Below, piece by piece: positions 1 to 13,202 of a stretch of DNA of 64,000 bases (position 1 is the first letter of the stretch; the number at the start of each line of letters is the position of its first letter). The notes beneath the pieces are model-generated. The model was not told the origin of the DNA and searched no databases. It saw nothing but the letters and a program-made list of their open reading frames with translations. The stretch is from the NCBI GenBank assembly GCA_951406725.2, contig OX597835.1:30132001-30196000 (forward strand), read 5' to 3'. The position numbers and the translations under genes were made by a program. The stretch comes from Octopus vulgaris (taxonomy: Eukaryota).

Positions 1-189
1 TATATGTGTATTTTTATGACTTTTATTACTTTTATTACTAGCTCAGATCATCTAATTGTATATATCTGTCGTTACCTTTCATAAAAAGCCTTTTCTATTT
101 TTATTTACAATGTGCATTTTCTTTGATTTTTCTTACTTTACCCTTACATTTCCACGTGTAGTTTCTATTCTCTTTTTGTAACATATTTC

Positions 190-223
<34 letters not shown>

Positions 224-227
<4 letters not shown>

Positions 228-423
228 CAGATATACAGAAAAAAAGAAAAAGACAGGTGTCAGAACAAAAATCAGGTGCATTAGTTTAACGTTTGGGGGA
301 AATTGAAAAGTCTTTTACGTTTGGAGCCTACGCTCTTCGACAGAAATGATTACTAGGCAAAAAATGGAGAGAGAATGAAGAAAAAACGGAGTAAGAAAAA
401 TGTGTAAACGTGTCAACATGGCG
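224..423 (-). mobile_element. Short PLE-type 3'-end (pLTR) fragment abutting (TA)n, with a degenerate hammerhead-like motif at 313-346
   Basis: Homologous to 47803-47990 (shared 'aagacaggt..', 'ttag..taacg', 'ttttacgttt.gag.ctacgctcttc..[ct]agaaa', 'atggcga'). Minus strand reads TTT-CTGTCGA-AGAGC-gtag-GCTC-CAAA-CG-TA-AAA. Confidence 0.55.
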
Positions 424-498
424 AGATGACTGAAAAAGAAAAGGCTAAATGATAGGGATATGATGATGATGATGATGATAATAATAATAATAATAATA

Positions 499-587
<89 letters not shown>

Positions 588-1459
588 CATTATTATTATT
601 ATTGACCCCAACGAACTAAGGTGCACAAGCGTATGTGTATGTTAGAATGGTTTGTTTGTGAGTGTACGTGTGATTGAGGGGTGTAAGTGTGTGCGCATAC
701 GTGTGGATGTATGTACATGTGTAAGTATGCGTATGGACATATGTATATGTATGGTGTTAACGTGTGTGTGTGGCTAATGTGGATGTGTTGTGCGTAGCAG
801 TTGATGTGTGTTCAAGTGGTGAGTGTACATATGTATGTGTTTGTGTGTGTGTCTGGGAACAGATGGTGCGCATGTGTATAGTGTAGGTTTGTGGGCGAAA
901 GTTATCTTTGTCTATGCGTGTTGCTTGTGTTTATACGTGTTGCAAGTGTGTGTATATATTGTCTGTGTTCAGGTAGTATGTGTTTGTGCTTGCGTGGGTG
1001 CGTGCATGATGTTGTAGGAGTGTGTACCGAGTTAAACAGTATATGTAGCTGCTAGTATAGTACTATGTGTGGTAACGCTATTGAAGATTGTGTGTGTGTG
1101 TGTCGGTATGTGTGGTGTTTGTGTGTGGTGGTGGGGGGGCTGAGAAGTGTTTGGTGCTAGTGCGTATTGAATGGGAAGGAGTTTGTAGTGCGGTGTGTAA
1201 TGGTGTGTGAAGTGAGTAATAAGCTGAACAGTGTGTATGGGCGTTTGTATAGTGGTGTGTGTAGAGTAGGGGTACAAAGGTAGGCAGTATAAAGGTGTGT
1301 AGATGGAGGGGGTAGTTGAATGAGGGAGGTGTGTGGTATTGGTGTCAGATAAAGAGGGATAAGGAGTTGAACCCATATGGCGCATAGGAACGTAGAAAGA
1401 ACATTAATTCTTGTCCACAGCGAAGGCGGGAGTCCGAGTGGCCCATGTATGTATATATA

Positions 1460-1495
<36 letters not shown>

Positions 1496-1629
1496 TGCAT
1501 GCATGCATGTATGTATGTATGTATGTATGTATGTATGTATGTATGTATGTATGTATGCCCCACTGTTGTGTTTAACGGCACCAACTCCTTTTCCAAATGA
1601 AGATTGCCTACTGAGGTTTTTGTAGAGGG

Positions 1630-1960
1630 TGTTTTATGATAGATTAATATTCAATGAGGCTTAACTTGCACCATTAAGACATACGACATCTATGAAATCC
1701 CCCTTATTTATAATTTGCCAGAGTGACTTTGAGAGCAATGGAGTATTTTTCATGTGATGAAGTTTCAAACTATCCGCATGTTCGTATAATCGACTCTTAA
1801 ATGTGCTTTCTACTAAGCCACTGCAACACACACTCTTGTCGCTTTTGATTGTTATGTCCTGATATGCAGTACAGTTACTGATCTAATGGTTATCCAAAGA
1901 GTACGATAAATTTTATAGAGGTGATCGATAGCTCGCAAATAGGTTCTTGCAAGCAGATTT
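1630..1960 (-). pseudogene. Decayed Naiad-type PLE GIY-YIG endonuclease fragment
   Basis: Manual minus-strand translation of ~1825-1690 gives CSGLVESTFKSRLYEHADSLKLHHMKNTPLLSKSLWQIINKGIS*, colinear with YVGLTEGNFKARFNNHTLSFRHWNKRKATQLSNHIWSLRDKGVD of the 17316 ORF. Boundaries approximate. Confidence 0.7.
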
Positions 1961-2253
1961 CCTATGGAAAATGGCAATAATGGATTCTCCTATTTGATTT
2001 ATCAGACGGAAATCTTGTTCTCTTATTGATATTTGCTCAGTCTACCTACCTACAGACCTACCTACACAGCTGCCTGCCTGCCTGCCTGCATACCTACCTA
2101 CCTACCTACCTACCTACCTACCTACCTACCTACCTACCTACCTACCTACCTACCTACCTACCTACCTAATTACCTACCTACTTACCTATCTATTTATCAA
2201 TCAATATATCTATCTATCTATCTATCTATCTATCAATCTATTTATCTAAATAC

Positions 2254-2299
<46 letters not shown>

Positions 2300-2300
2300 G

Positions 2301-2331
<31 letters not shown>

Positions 2332-2777
2332 GCATGTATACATATATATGCTTTCAGAATAATCATTTCTCTTTCGCCCAAGTCATCTCGTTTTAAGCTT
2401 TTTATGTTGTGATTGCTATTATTACTTTGTAAATGCGAATCTTTCTCAACATCACCATTTTAATTCTTGTTATTGATTTCGCCATTATAATGAGTAGTAG
2501 TTGTAGTAGTAGCAGCAGCTGTACTACCAGTGGTAGTAATCTTCTTCTTCTTCTTCTTCTTCTTCTTCTTCTTCTTCTTCTTCTTCTTCTTCTTCTTCTT
2601 CTTCTTCTTCTTCTTCTTCTTCTTCTTCTTCTTCTTCTTCTTCTTCTACTTCTTCTTCTTCTTCTTTTTTTTTTCTTCTTTTTCTTCTTCTTCTTCTTCT
2701 TCTTCTTCTTCCTTTTCTTCTTCTTCTTCTTCTTCTTCTTCTCCTCCTCCTTCCTATCCTCCTTCTTCTTCTCATTA

Positions 2778-2848
<71 letters not shown>

Positions 2849-3413
2849 CTGCTGCTGTTGTTGTTGTTATTAAAAACAAAAGCACGTTTTATTTACCAGC
2901 GAATAAATTTTATTTCCACTTCAACAAGAAAATGCATGTCTTAAAAATAAATATGAAAAACAAGCAAAACAAGAAACAAAAAAGCCGAAAGAAAACAAAC
3001 AAGAAATCGAAAGTGAAAGTAACACACAACCACCTTGCCAAGCTCAGCACACATACATACACACCCTGTCACCCTCTTCCATATCCCCCTCTCACCTCCA
3101 CCCCGACCCCTACTTTTAACTGGTTGTTATTGATGGATTTCTTCCTACCAAAATAGAAGGTTTTGCCAACCGTTTTCTGAAATCATTTAAACGCTATCAA
3201 AGCTGAAATTTCCGTTTATTTAATTTTTGTTTACACATCTCGAACATTCGATTAATATCTCTGCTTTCTCCATGATCAGTAAACAACAACAACAACAAAA
3301 ACAACAACAACAACAACAACAACAACGGCAGCAGCAGCAATAATAACAACAATAATAATAACAATAATAATGGTAAGAATAATAGTAATAATGACGATAA
3401 GATAAAGAACGAC

Positions 3414-3514
<101 letters not shown>

Positions 3515-3528
3515 TAATAATAACAATG

Positions 3529-3559
<31 letters not shown>

Positions 3560-3561
3560 TG

Positions 3562-3640
<79 letters not shown>

Positions 3641-3642
3641 TG

Positions 3643-3676
<34 letters not shown>

Positions 3677-3696
3677 TGCTAATAAAAATAATGATG

Positions 3697-3793
<97 letters not shown>

Positions 3794-3795
3794 TG

Positions 3796-3829
<34 letters not shown>

Positions 3830-3849
3830 TGCTAATAAAAATAATGATG

Positions 3850-3967
<118 letters not shown>

Positions 3968-5555
3968 TGATAATAATGGCGACAAAAACGACAGCATTTA
4001 AATCCTTCGCATAGATATCTGTAGATATCAGTACGTATATTTATTCCTTTACCAATTTTTTTCTCGTTCTATTAACCTATGTATTTCTTACTTTTAATAT
4101 CTTTTGATCATTTTCTTGCACATTCCTGTGTGTGTTATGTGTGTATGTATGCCACGTGTGTATGTTATGTGTCCTTGTATTTTTTATTTTTATTTTTACT
4201 TTATTTTTATTTTTATTTTTATTTTCCGTGTTACTTTTCAATTTTCGTGTTTGTCGTTTTGCGAGCCAATATGTGCGTTTATTTTCGCTAACTTGTTTTA
4301 TAACTTACGATGTTACGACTTGCTATGGAATGTCATACTTTACACCCTGTCCCTCCATCTCCATCTATCTATCTCCCTCTCACTCTTTCCTTCTCCTCAT
4401 TCCTCTCACTCTTTACTTATATATCTCCAACTGAGCTCTCCTTCTTTTTTTCTACTTTTATTTTTCTTTATATGTTTGTTTTTAATGTTTACTTCACATT
4501 ACTTTTTCATTTTAAATACATTTGCTTATGCATCTTCGTAGTTCTAATGTTCTTTCTCTTATTCCAATATACACATATACATTACGCTTTTATATATTTT
4601 ATATATACATATATACATAATACATATATACATAATACATACATGCATGCATATATATATATATATATATATCCATATATTAATGTATATTTGTATATGT
4701 ATATATATGTATGTGTATATATATTTAATGTTCATTTTTTTTTCTTTCAATTGCAGCGTTTGAAAACTTACACAAGTGTAGCGAATCATTGCCGAAGACA
4801 TTTGATCTTATTCTCTGCTTCAATATTCCGCTGATAAAATCAATTTGGCTTCAATAGGTTTTAACAAGTCTTAGAGGTAGGTATCAATACACACTAAAAC
4901 ACACACACACACACACACACATATACAGCGCTCGGTTGCCATATTTATTACATTTTTTTATTCGTATTTGTTATTTTTATTCTTGTTGGTGGTGGTGGTG
5001 ACGCTGATGATGATTTTCGTCTTTTCTTTCCTTCAAAATTTTTTTTCGTTCTTCTGCTCCATCATCATCATCATCATCGTCATCATCGTCTTCGTTGTCC
5101 TCGTCGTCGTCATAATCATCATCGTCATCATCATAATCACCATCATCATCATAATTGTTGTCATCAATATCATGGTCGTCCTCATCCTCAACCTTGTCAT
5201 CATCGTCATCATCATCGTCGTCGTCGTCGTCGCCATCAGCACCATCATCGATGTCATCGTCATCGACATCGTTGATGTCGTTCTTCTTTTTTTCTCTTTC
5301 GTCATTATCGTCGACGACACCGCACAGTAATCACCATCTGGCAATCGTTATGTTTATCACCATCGTCCTCCTCCTTATGATGATGATGATGATGATTATG
5401 ATCATAATCATCATCATCATCATCAGCAGCAGCAGCAGTAGAAGCTGCAACAACGGCAGCGCCATCTTCATTGTCGTCATCGTCGGATACTTTTTTCATC
5501 ACCATTTTGTTCCACTCCATGTACACCTTGCATGTGTGTGTATCTGTGAATGTGT

Positions 5556-5586
<31 letters not shown>

Positions 5587-6140
5587 CCCCACACATATAT
5601 ATACATATATACACGAGCACGTATTTCGGTTATATCTTTTTCACTTCTTTCCTTTCATTCTTTATATTTTTCTTCTTATTTTGTTCGATTCCTTCTTATT
5701 TTAAAATGAAGTAGTTTATTTGAAATGAAATCTTAATCCAGATCTATTTACCGTCACTTCACTGGAAATCATAATGCAACCAGCATATCGAAGAATTTCC
5801 TTCTAATGTGGTATATATCTTTCTGCTGTTAGTCTCATTATTGATGTTTTTCTTGTGAGTTTATGTGCAAGTTTTTTTTTTTGCTCTTTCTTATTTTTCT
5901 ATAATAAATATTTGTTCGAAGCAAATTGTTCCTTTCTTACGCTTTCTCATCGATACGTCCGTTTCGCTCCTCTACAGACTTCCCCTCCTCATTTCGTTCC
6001 TCTTTGTCTCTTTTTCCCTCTCTCATCATCATCTTTATACACCGCCCCCTCATATATGTATTTAAGCACTATTTAAATAAATAAGTATATGCATACATAT
6101 ATATCCACCTGTATATATGTATGTATATTATTACACACAC

Positions 6141-6195
<55 letters not shown>

Positions 6196-6395
6196 TATAT
6201 ATATATATATATACACACACACATATCTGGCTTTCTGTCAATGTGTTCTTTTCTTTATATATATGTATATATCTGTGCATAGAATTATCTACACACAAAC
6301 AAACACACATGTATACACATATATATAATGACATGTATACACACGTACACATATGCATCTACCTATTTATTTATTCATCGATATATAAATATATG

Positions 6396-6444
<49 letters not shown>

Positions 6445-6605
6445 AGATCATTTCTCCAGGTGGTTAAAAACAATGCTAACAAGAAATTGAAAAGTAGCAT
6501 ACATAATACCAAAAACAAGACAGAAAACATAACGAAACCAAGTAAAGTACCACAACCAAAACGCAAAATTCATCAAGCAAACATCAACAGGAATATAAAT
6601 CATAA

Positions 6606-8933
6606 CCAGAAAAAAATCCATTTTTTTACGTCAGGACAACAAACACCGGAGAAAGAAAAAATCCAAGAGGAAACATACCCCAAACAACTGAACGTATAGA
6701 TCCTAAAATAATTAATTTATCAAAAAGAGATCTTGACAATGATGAAATCCAACTTCTGTCAAAAGGACTGAAATTCACACCTACACCAACAGCCAACCAC
6801 CAAGAATTAAAGGAGGATATCCAAAAATTCTGTCGAAAATTACGACTTGTAGAATTCTTCGCTAACAAAAGTAATGAGATTGATGAATCCCTAGTAAGGA
6901 ATAAATCAAATTTCACCCCACCAAAAGGAAGAAATAACTACCTTGACCAATACATTGATATCCTGTCTAAATTTCCCCTTAGACGCAATACCAATGTTAG
7001 GCCAAACATTAGCAAATCAGAGATGTCTGCATGTAAACGTATACAAAACGATCAAACAATAATAATTAAACAAGCAGATAAAGGTGGTGCAATTGTTATT
7101 ATGGATACCGAATACTATAAGGATTTGGTTGAAGACCAACTGAAGGATACAACCTTCTATTGTGAAATACCCGCAAATATAGACCACCACATCATGAAAA
7201 AGATCAACAACCTGATTTCAACACACCACAACTCACTTACGGATAATGAAAAAGACTACATCACCAATTTTGAACCAAAACCCAGCAACTTCTACGGCTT
7301 ACCAAAAATACACAAATCAAAAAACATTCAACAGGCAGTAAAAGAACAAGAAAGTGAGTACATAAAATTATTACATCCAAAAGACCTAAAACTTAGACCT
7401 ATTATAGCTGGTCCAGCATGCCCTACACACCGTCTAAGCAATTTTATTGACATTGTTTTGAAACCACTATGTACTTACATACCAAGTTTCATCAGGGATG
7501 ACATCGACTTCCTGTCCCATCTTCCCAAAACAACAGAAACAAATTCAGTTTTACTAAGTTTTGATGTGGTAAGCCTCTACACCAATATTCCACACGATTT
7601 AGGAATAAAGGCGATTAAATACTGGTTAGAAAAACATAGAGAAGTGATTCCCAGCAGATTCACAGTGCCATTTATATTAGACACAGTCAAACTTATTCTA
7701 GAAAATAACACATTCTTCTTCAATGGAAAGAATTACATCCAAATTAGAGGCACGGCGATGGGAACGAGGTTTGCTCCCGTTTACGCCAACTCTGTAATGG
7801 GATACTTAGAAGAACAACTCTACCAAGAGGTGGAGGTAAACTATGGCACTGGATTTAGAAAGTATATTGAAAAGGCATGGAAGAGATACCTAGACGACTG
7901 TTTCATAATCTGGACAGAATCTCTAAATACTCTGGAAGAGTTCAATATCCTCCTGAACAACCTACACCCATCTCTCAAATTTACAAAGGAGATGAGTAGT
8001 ACCAAATTACCATTCCTGGATATAATGGTAATTAAAAAAGACACCACCATCACCACAGATATATACTATAAACACACAGACACACATCAATACCTAAATT
8101 TTAAGTCGTGCCATCCACCACATACAAAACGTAACATCCCATACTGCCTAGCCAGAAGAATTTGTACTATTGTAGAAGATGCAAATATCAGGAACAAACG
8201 CCTAATAGAACTAAGAGAATTTTTGCTCAAACAAAAATACCCATCTCTACTTATAGAAAATGGCATACAGCGGGCTATAAAAATACCTATACAACAACTT
8301 AGGACAACCCAAGGAAGAGGAAAACAAGAACAAGTCATACCATTCATAGTGACACACAACCCATGTCACCAGAATATCTTCAACATTGCCAAAGCAAACC
8401 TACCAATCATTGCCCAAAGTAATGAATTAAAAGACATAATCAAGGATCGAGCTATGGTGCTTAGTAAAAGACAGCCTAAAAACTTGAAAACATTACTAAC
8501 AAAGGCAAAATTTGACCTCAGCAACAAAGACCAAACATTCACGGTATCTAAATGCAATGATAGCCGATGTGGCACATGCCAATTCATACATACCGGTCAA
8601 TATATAAACACAAAAACCGGGAAAATATTCACAAACGCGAATATGAACTGCAAAAGCAGAAATTTAATTTACTGCATCAAATGCCCAAATTGTGAAGAAA
8701 TATATGTAGGTCAGACGGGAAACGCACTATTAGAACGCTCACGTGTACACCGGCAACAGATTAGAGACCCAGAGGTCCGTCAGATACCTTTGAGTAACCA
8801 CCTAGCAACATGTGGTCGGAAAATATATATAATATTTCCATTCTACAAATTACACAGCCCAAGTGAAATCGAGAGGAAAATCAGAGAAAAGAATTTTATT
8901 GATAAATTCGAACCCAAGCTAAATAAGCAATAA
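6606..8933 (+). CDS. PLE reverse transcriptase + GIY-YIG endonuclease polyprotein (frame open from 6606; first ATG 7023)
   Basis: Motifs INLS..LLSKGLKFTPTP (upstream of the ATG, same frame), ADKGGAIVIMD, FYGLPKIHK, LRPII, FDVVSLYTNIP, GTAMG, RYLDDCF, FLDIMV, SCHP, Cys linker CNDSRCGTC, LIYCIKCPNCEEIYVGQT. No internal stop 6606-8930. Confidence 0.95.
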   Translation, partial: PEKNPFFYVRTTNTGERKNPRGNIPQTTERIDPKIINLSKRDLDNDEIQLLSKGLKFTPTPTANHQELKEDIQKFCRKLRLVEFFANKSNEIDESLVRNKSNFTPPKGRNNYLDQYIDILSKFPLRRNTNVRPNISKSEMSACKRIQNDQTIIIKQADKGGAIVIMDTEYYKDLVEDQLKDTTFYCEIPANIDHHIMKKINNLISTHHNSLTDNEKDYITNFEPKPSNFYGLPKIHKSKNIQQAVKEQESEYIKLLHPKDLKLRPIIAGPACPTHRLSNFIDIVLKPLCTYIPSFIRDDIDFLSHLPKTTETNSVLLSFDVVSLYTNIPHDLGIKAIKYWLEKHREVIPSRFTVPFILDTVKLILENNTFFFNGKNYIQIRGTAMGTRFAPVYANSVMGYLEEQLYQEVEVNYGTGFRKYIEKAWKRYLDDCFIIWTESLNTLEEFNILLNNLHPSLKFTKEMSSTKLPFLDIMVIKKDTTITTDIYYKHTDTHQYLNFKSCHPPHTKRNIPYCLARRICTIVEDANIRNKRLIELREFLLKQKYPSLLIENGIQRAIKIPIQQLRTTQGRGKQEQVIPFIVTHNPCHQNIFNIAKANLPIIAQSNELKDIIKDRAMVLSKRQPKNLKTLLTKAKFDLSNKDQTFTVSKCNDSRCGTCQFIHTGQYINTKTGKIFTNANMNCKSRNLIYCIKCPNCEEIYVGQTGNALLERSRVHRQQIRDPEVRQIPLSNHLATCGRKIYIIFPFYKLHSPSEIERKIREKNFIDKFEPKLNKQ

Positions 8934-9250
8934 TAATAATACTTAGAGGTATTACTTCCACTGCTACGACCATGACCACTAACAACAACAACAATACTAA
9001 AGGTGATCAAGACGAAGATAGCAGGAAAATTATCTTATTTAGGGTTAAAAGTTCTATTGCCACCACCATCACCACTAGCAACAATAATTAAGGTGCTGAC
9101 AATGATGATGATGACAATTGAAATATAAAAATATAAAAATCTCTGACAAAGGATATTTACAACATTTCTAAAAATAACCCAACAATTGCTGCTTCGGCCA
9201 GGGTCAAGATACAGGACTCTTGACCTGTCCAACAAAGCGTGATGCCTAAA

Positions 9251-9365
9251 CCAATCAGCTCAACCAACCAATCAGCTTAAGTAATTGAGTGATACTACAC
9301 ACTGATTGGTCAGAATACAGTTTGCAAAACCTAGCACTCTGGAGCCTACCCAGCTGTATTTATAG
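9251..9365 (+). promoter_or_regulatory. Candidate pLTR promoter: three CCAAT boxes and a TATA-like element
   Basis: CCAATCAG at ~9251 and ~9268, CTGATTGG at ~9302, TATTTATA at ~9357, all upstream of the hammerhead. Function inferred. Confidence 0.4.
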
Positions 9366-9427
9366 CACAGAATCACTCATCTTGCTACAGTCAAAAATTG
9401 TGAAGCATGACTGTCAACACTACTACA

Positions 9428-9472
9428 TGAACCCGAAGATTGCAGAATTCAATGCATGAAAGTACTAGTTCA
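9428..9472 (+). ncRNA. Minimal type-I hammerhead ribozyme in the PLE 3' UTR
   Basis: TGAAC-CCGAAGA-T-TGCA-gaattcaa-TGCA-T-GAAA-GTAC-TA-GTTCA: stem I TGAAC/GTTCA, stem II TGCA/TGCA, palindromic stem III GTAC, CUA cleavage triplet. Confidence 0.85.
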
Positions 9473-10094
9473 ATCAGAATGAATATTTAACATTCTACTA
9501 TTTCATTTTATTTTATTCAATTATAATATATTATCTTATAATATATCATTATAAGATTGTAAATAAAACGTGAAAATCAGACAAGGTTGGAATTCTTTTT
9601 ATTAATATATTCTTCTATACACAATCACACACACCCATATATATATATATCTATATATATATATATGCATATATATATGCATACATATATATATACATGT
9701 ATATATGTATGTATATATACATACATACATATATATATATGAATGTATGTATATATAATTTTTATTATACATACATGCCGTATATATTCTCTTCTGGTTG
9801 TAATTTTGTCAATCATTTTTATTCAGATCACTTCGTATCGAAAGTAAACCTTGTTAGATTGTATCATATACCGCGCGCTATGTGCCATTGGTTTGACATA
9901 AATAAATGTTGGAACGCTATGCGAAATCCAATTATGCGAGGACAAATGCTTGGCTTACGGGAACGATGGCCCTCTCTTCGACACTTCGGCCGCCTTCACC
10001 ACTCTTAGCAACAAAGCATTATAAATATGACTTTGAGGATTATGATTACAGTGACGTTATATAAGTACCAATAATAATGAGACTAATAGTGATG

Positions 10095-10173
<79 letters not shown>

Positions 10174-10235
10174 CAATAGTAGTAGTACCAGCAGCAGTAG
10201 TAGTTGTAGCATTGGTAGTAATTATTTATTCCACT

Positions 10236-10395
10236 GTAGATACAAGGCCGTGACAATTTGGAGGGAAGAGGTCTAGTTGATTACATCGACCTCAGTGTGC
10301 AACTGGTACTTACTTCATCGACCCTAAAAGGATGAAAAGCAAAGTCGACCTTGGCGGAATTTGAGCTCAGAATTTGAACTCAGACAAATGGAATG
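10236..10395 (-). mobile_element. SINE family B fragment
   Basis: 'ggatgaaaagcaaagtcgaccttggcggaatttgagctcagaa' matches the other family B copies. Confidence 0.8.
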
Positions 10396-10439
10396 CTGCC
10401 ATTTTGACCCTGGCTGTCTGACGACATTTTGCAAACTCC

Positions 10440-10580
10440 CCGAGTTCATAATGATCACATGACCAAACCAGCGCAGTCTTCTCTCTTGCACGCCACATCT
10501 GATGCCTCTTATATCCAGTTTTCCACTCAAATGATTTACACGCTGTCGGACATGCGCACTGACATTAGTGTGCATCCATT
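10440..10580 (-). pseudogene. RTE-clade LINE ORF C-terminal fragment
   Basis: IRCGVQERRLRWFGHVIIM matches the RRLRWxGHVxRM motif typical of RTE elements. Confidence 0.75.
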
Positions 10581-10808
10581 TGTTTATACCGTAGTATATG
10601 ATCGGTGAATGAATTGAATTGAATGGAGTTGTTTTGCTAATTTTCGTGTGTAATTTCCTTTAAGATTCTCCTTAAACACGTGTTTTTTATTGTTTTGTTT
10701 TTTTCAGATGCTCAATATGATCGGAATTGAATGTCCAGACCAAGAAGGATCTGCGAGAGAAATATTTCTCGGAAGAAATTTGTGAAGCCATTATTAACAT
10801 TCCCTGTA

Positions 10809-10973
10809 GGCGTAGGAGTGGTGTGTGGTATGTAGCTGGCTTACGACATGGTTCCGGGTTCAGTCCCACGGCGTGGCACCTTGGGCAAGTGTCTTCTACT
10901 GTAGCCTCGGGCCGACCGAAGACTTGTGAGTGGATTTTGCAGACGGAAACTAAAAGAAGCCCGTCGTATATAT

Positions 10974-11011
<38 letters not shown>

Positions 11012-11238
11012 ATATGTTTGTGTGTATGTGTTTGTCCCTCCCCAACATCGCTTGACAACCGATGCTGGTGTGTTTACATCCCCGTAACTTATCGGTTCGG
11101 CAAAAGAGACCGATAGAATAAGTACTAGGCTTACAAAGAATAAGTCCTGGAGTCGATTTGCCCGACTAAAGGTGGTGCTCCAGCATGGCCACAGTCAAAT
11201 GAATGAAACAAGTAAAAGAGTAAAAGAGTAAAAGAGTA
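10809..11238 (+). mobile_element. SINE family A, full length (tRNA-like head, CORE-like 'ccttgggcaag', internal microsatellite, (GTAAAAGA)n tail)
   Basis: B-box-like GGTTCAGTCCC; colinear with copies at 15043, 38734 and 48065(-). Confidence 0.9.
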
Positions 11239-11579
11239 TTCTCGGACACTTAAATCTTCATTTCTACAGACAGAACAAGTACTTTTTGCAACTTTCATTG
11301 CTGAAGAGCATCTTTTGAATTTCTATAGCATGCAGTGTCCGATATCGATGTGGTCGGATCTCCGTATGAAATCAAGAAAACGATACGTTTTTTTACGTCT
11401 TATACTATATTTTAAAATAATCTGAAAACAATAAAAAAATTCACTAGACTGTAAGCATTAATGCTTATTTTAAAGTAAGTATTTAAAAAGCACTCATGAA
11501 GTGATTTTATCAAAAAAGCAACAGGTTTTTCTTCTCAACCTAATATTTCAAGAAAAGAAGGCAAAATCTTTGGCTCATG

Positions 11580-11628
<49 letters not shown>

Positions 11629-11661
11629 CTACATAGCTATCCATCTAATCTATATATTTTT

Positions 11662-11845
11662 GTATTATTTTATTCGGTCATTTGAGTGTGGCCATCCTGG
11701 AGCATCGCCTTTACTCAAACAAATCGATCCAAGGACATATTCTTTGTAAGCCTAGTACTTTTTATCGGTATCTTTTGCCGCAGCCCTACTTTACAGGGAC
11801 GTAAATAAACCAGCATCGGTTGTTAAGCGATGGTGGTGTGACACA
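11662..11845 (-). mobile_element. SINE family A, 3' half
   Basis: Reverse complement of the family A 3' module ('ctttgtaagcctagtactt', 'ccagcatcggttgt'). Confidence 0.8.
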
Positions 11846-11870
11846 TACACAGACACATAAATGCATACAT

Positions 11871-11972
<102 letters not shown>

Positions 11973-12609
11973 GTTCATAGACATATACATGTGCCGGATA
12001 TTAAGAAGATGGATATACAAGAAAGTATGGAAAAAAAAAACGTTTAGCGAAGAGACGAGTGAACAAACAAACCGTTTATGGCGATGATGTTCACCTTAGC
12101 AATGACAGTTGCGACGACTACGACGACGACGATGATGATGATGGTCATGATGCTGATGTTGATGTTGACGATTGTTATGACGATGATAAATATGATTATG
12201 ATGATGATAATGATGATAGATTTAAATCAAACTAGTAACTTCAGCAGCGCTAACAGCCCCTCCCAACACCACCACCAATACCACCACCACCGCATCTGTC
12301 CATCTTTACTCAGGTCATGAAGTTAATTCATGCTCAGCTTGACTTAGAGAATGTTGACTGTCACCTGCGCATTCATACACACATATATATATATGCGTGT
12401 GTGTATATATATATTTACATGTATATATATATGTATATATATATATATGCATATGTTTATATATATATCTACATACATACATATATGCATATGTATATAT
12501 GTACATATATATATATACATACATATATGCATATGTAAATACATACATATATATATATATATACATATATATATATGTATACATATATATGTATATATAC
12601 ATATATATG

Positions 12610-12693
<84 letters not shown>

Positions 12694-13170
12694 CATATAT
12701 ATATATATGTATATATGTACACACACACATGCCAAATATAGACTGCACTCCGAATATTGTGTAGAAGCATTCACTTTCACACAATTCACCGTCGCACACT
12801 TATATACATGCATACGCACCACACGAACTAATTGTGTATGTTAGGAGGGGAGGGGGTTGTTGATAAAAACCTGGTGTGGTGGTGGTGGTGGTGGTAGAGT
12901 TCATCTGATGGTAATGATGATGATGATGATGATGATGACTACAATGATGATGTAAACTATGATTATGTTTACGATGATTATGATGATGAAGTGATAATCA
13001 TAATAAGGATACTGCTGCTGGCTGTAGAGGATTATGTCGATACTGTTGATGATGCAGCTGATGATGATGACGATCGTGTCGGCGATAATGATGACGAAGA
13101 CAATAACGATCACCACAGCGGCGACGAAGATGCCGACTGCACTCCGCAAACAATGCCCTTATTCATGATG

Positions 13171-13202
<32 letters not shown>

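Larger units (their letters stand above)
6440..9540 (+). mobile_element. Penelope-like retroelement, Neptune-type, near full length; 5' end abuts (TA)n
   Basis: RT + GIY-YIG ORF, ~600-nt 3' UTR/pLTR with hammerhead ribozyme; starts immediately after (TA)n ending ~6439. 3' boundary approximate. Confidence 0.95.
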
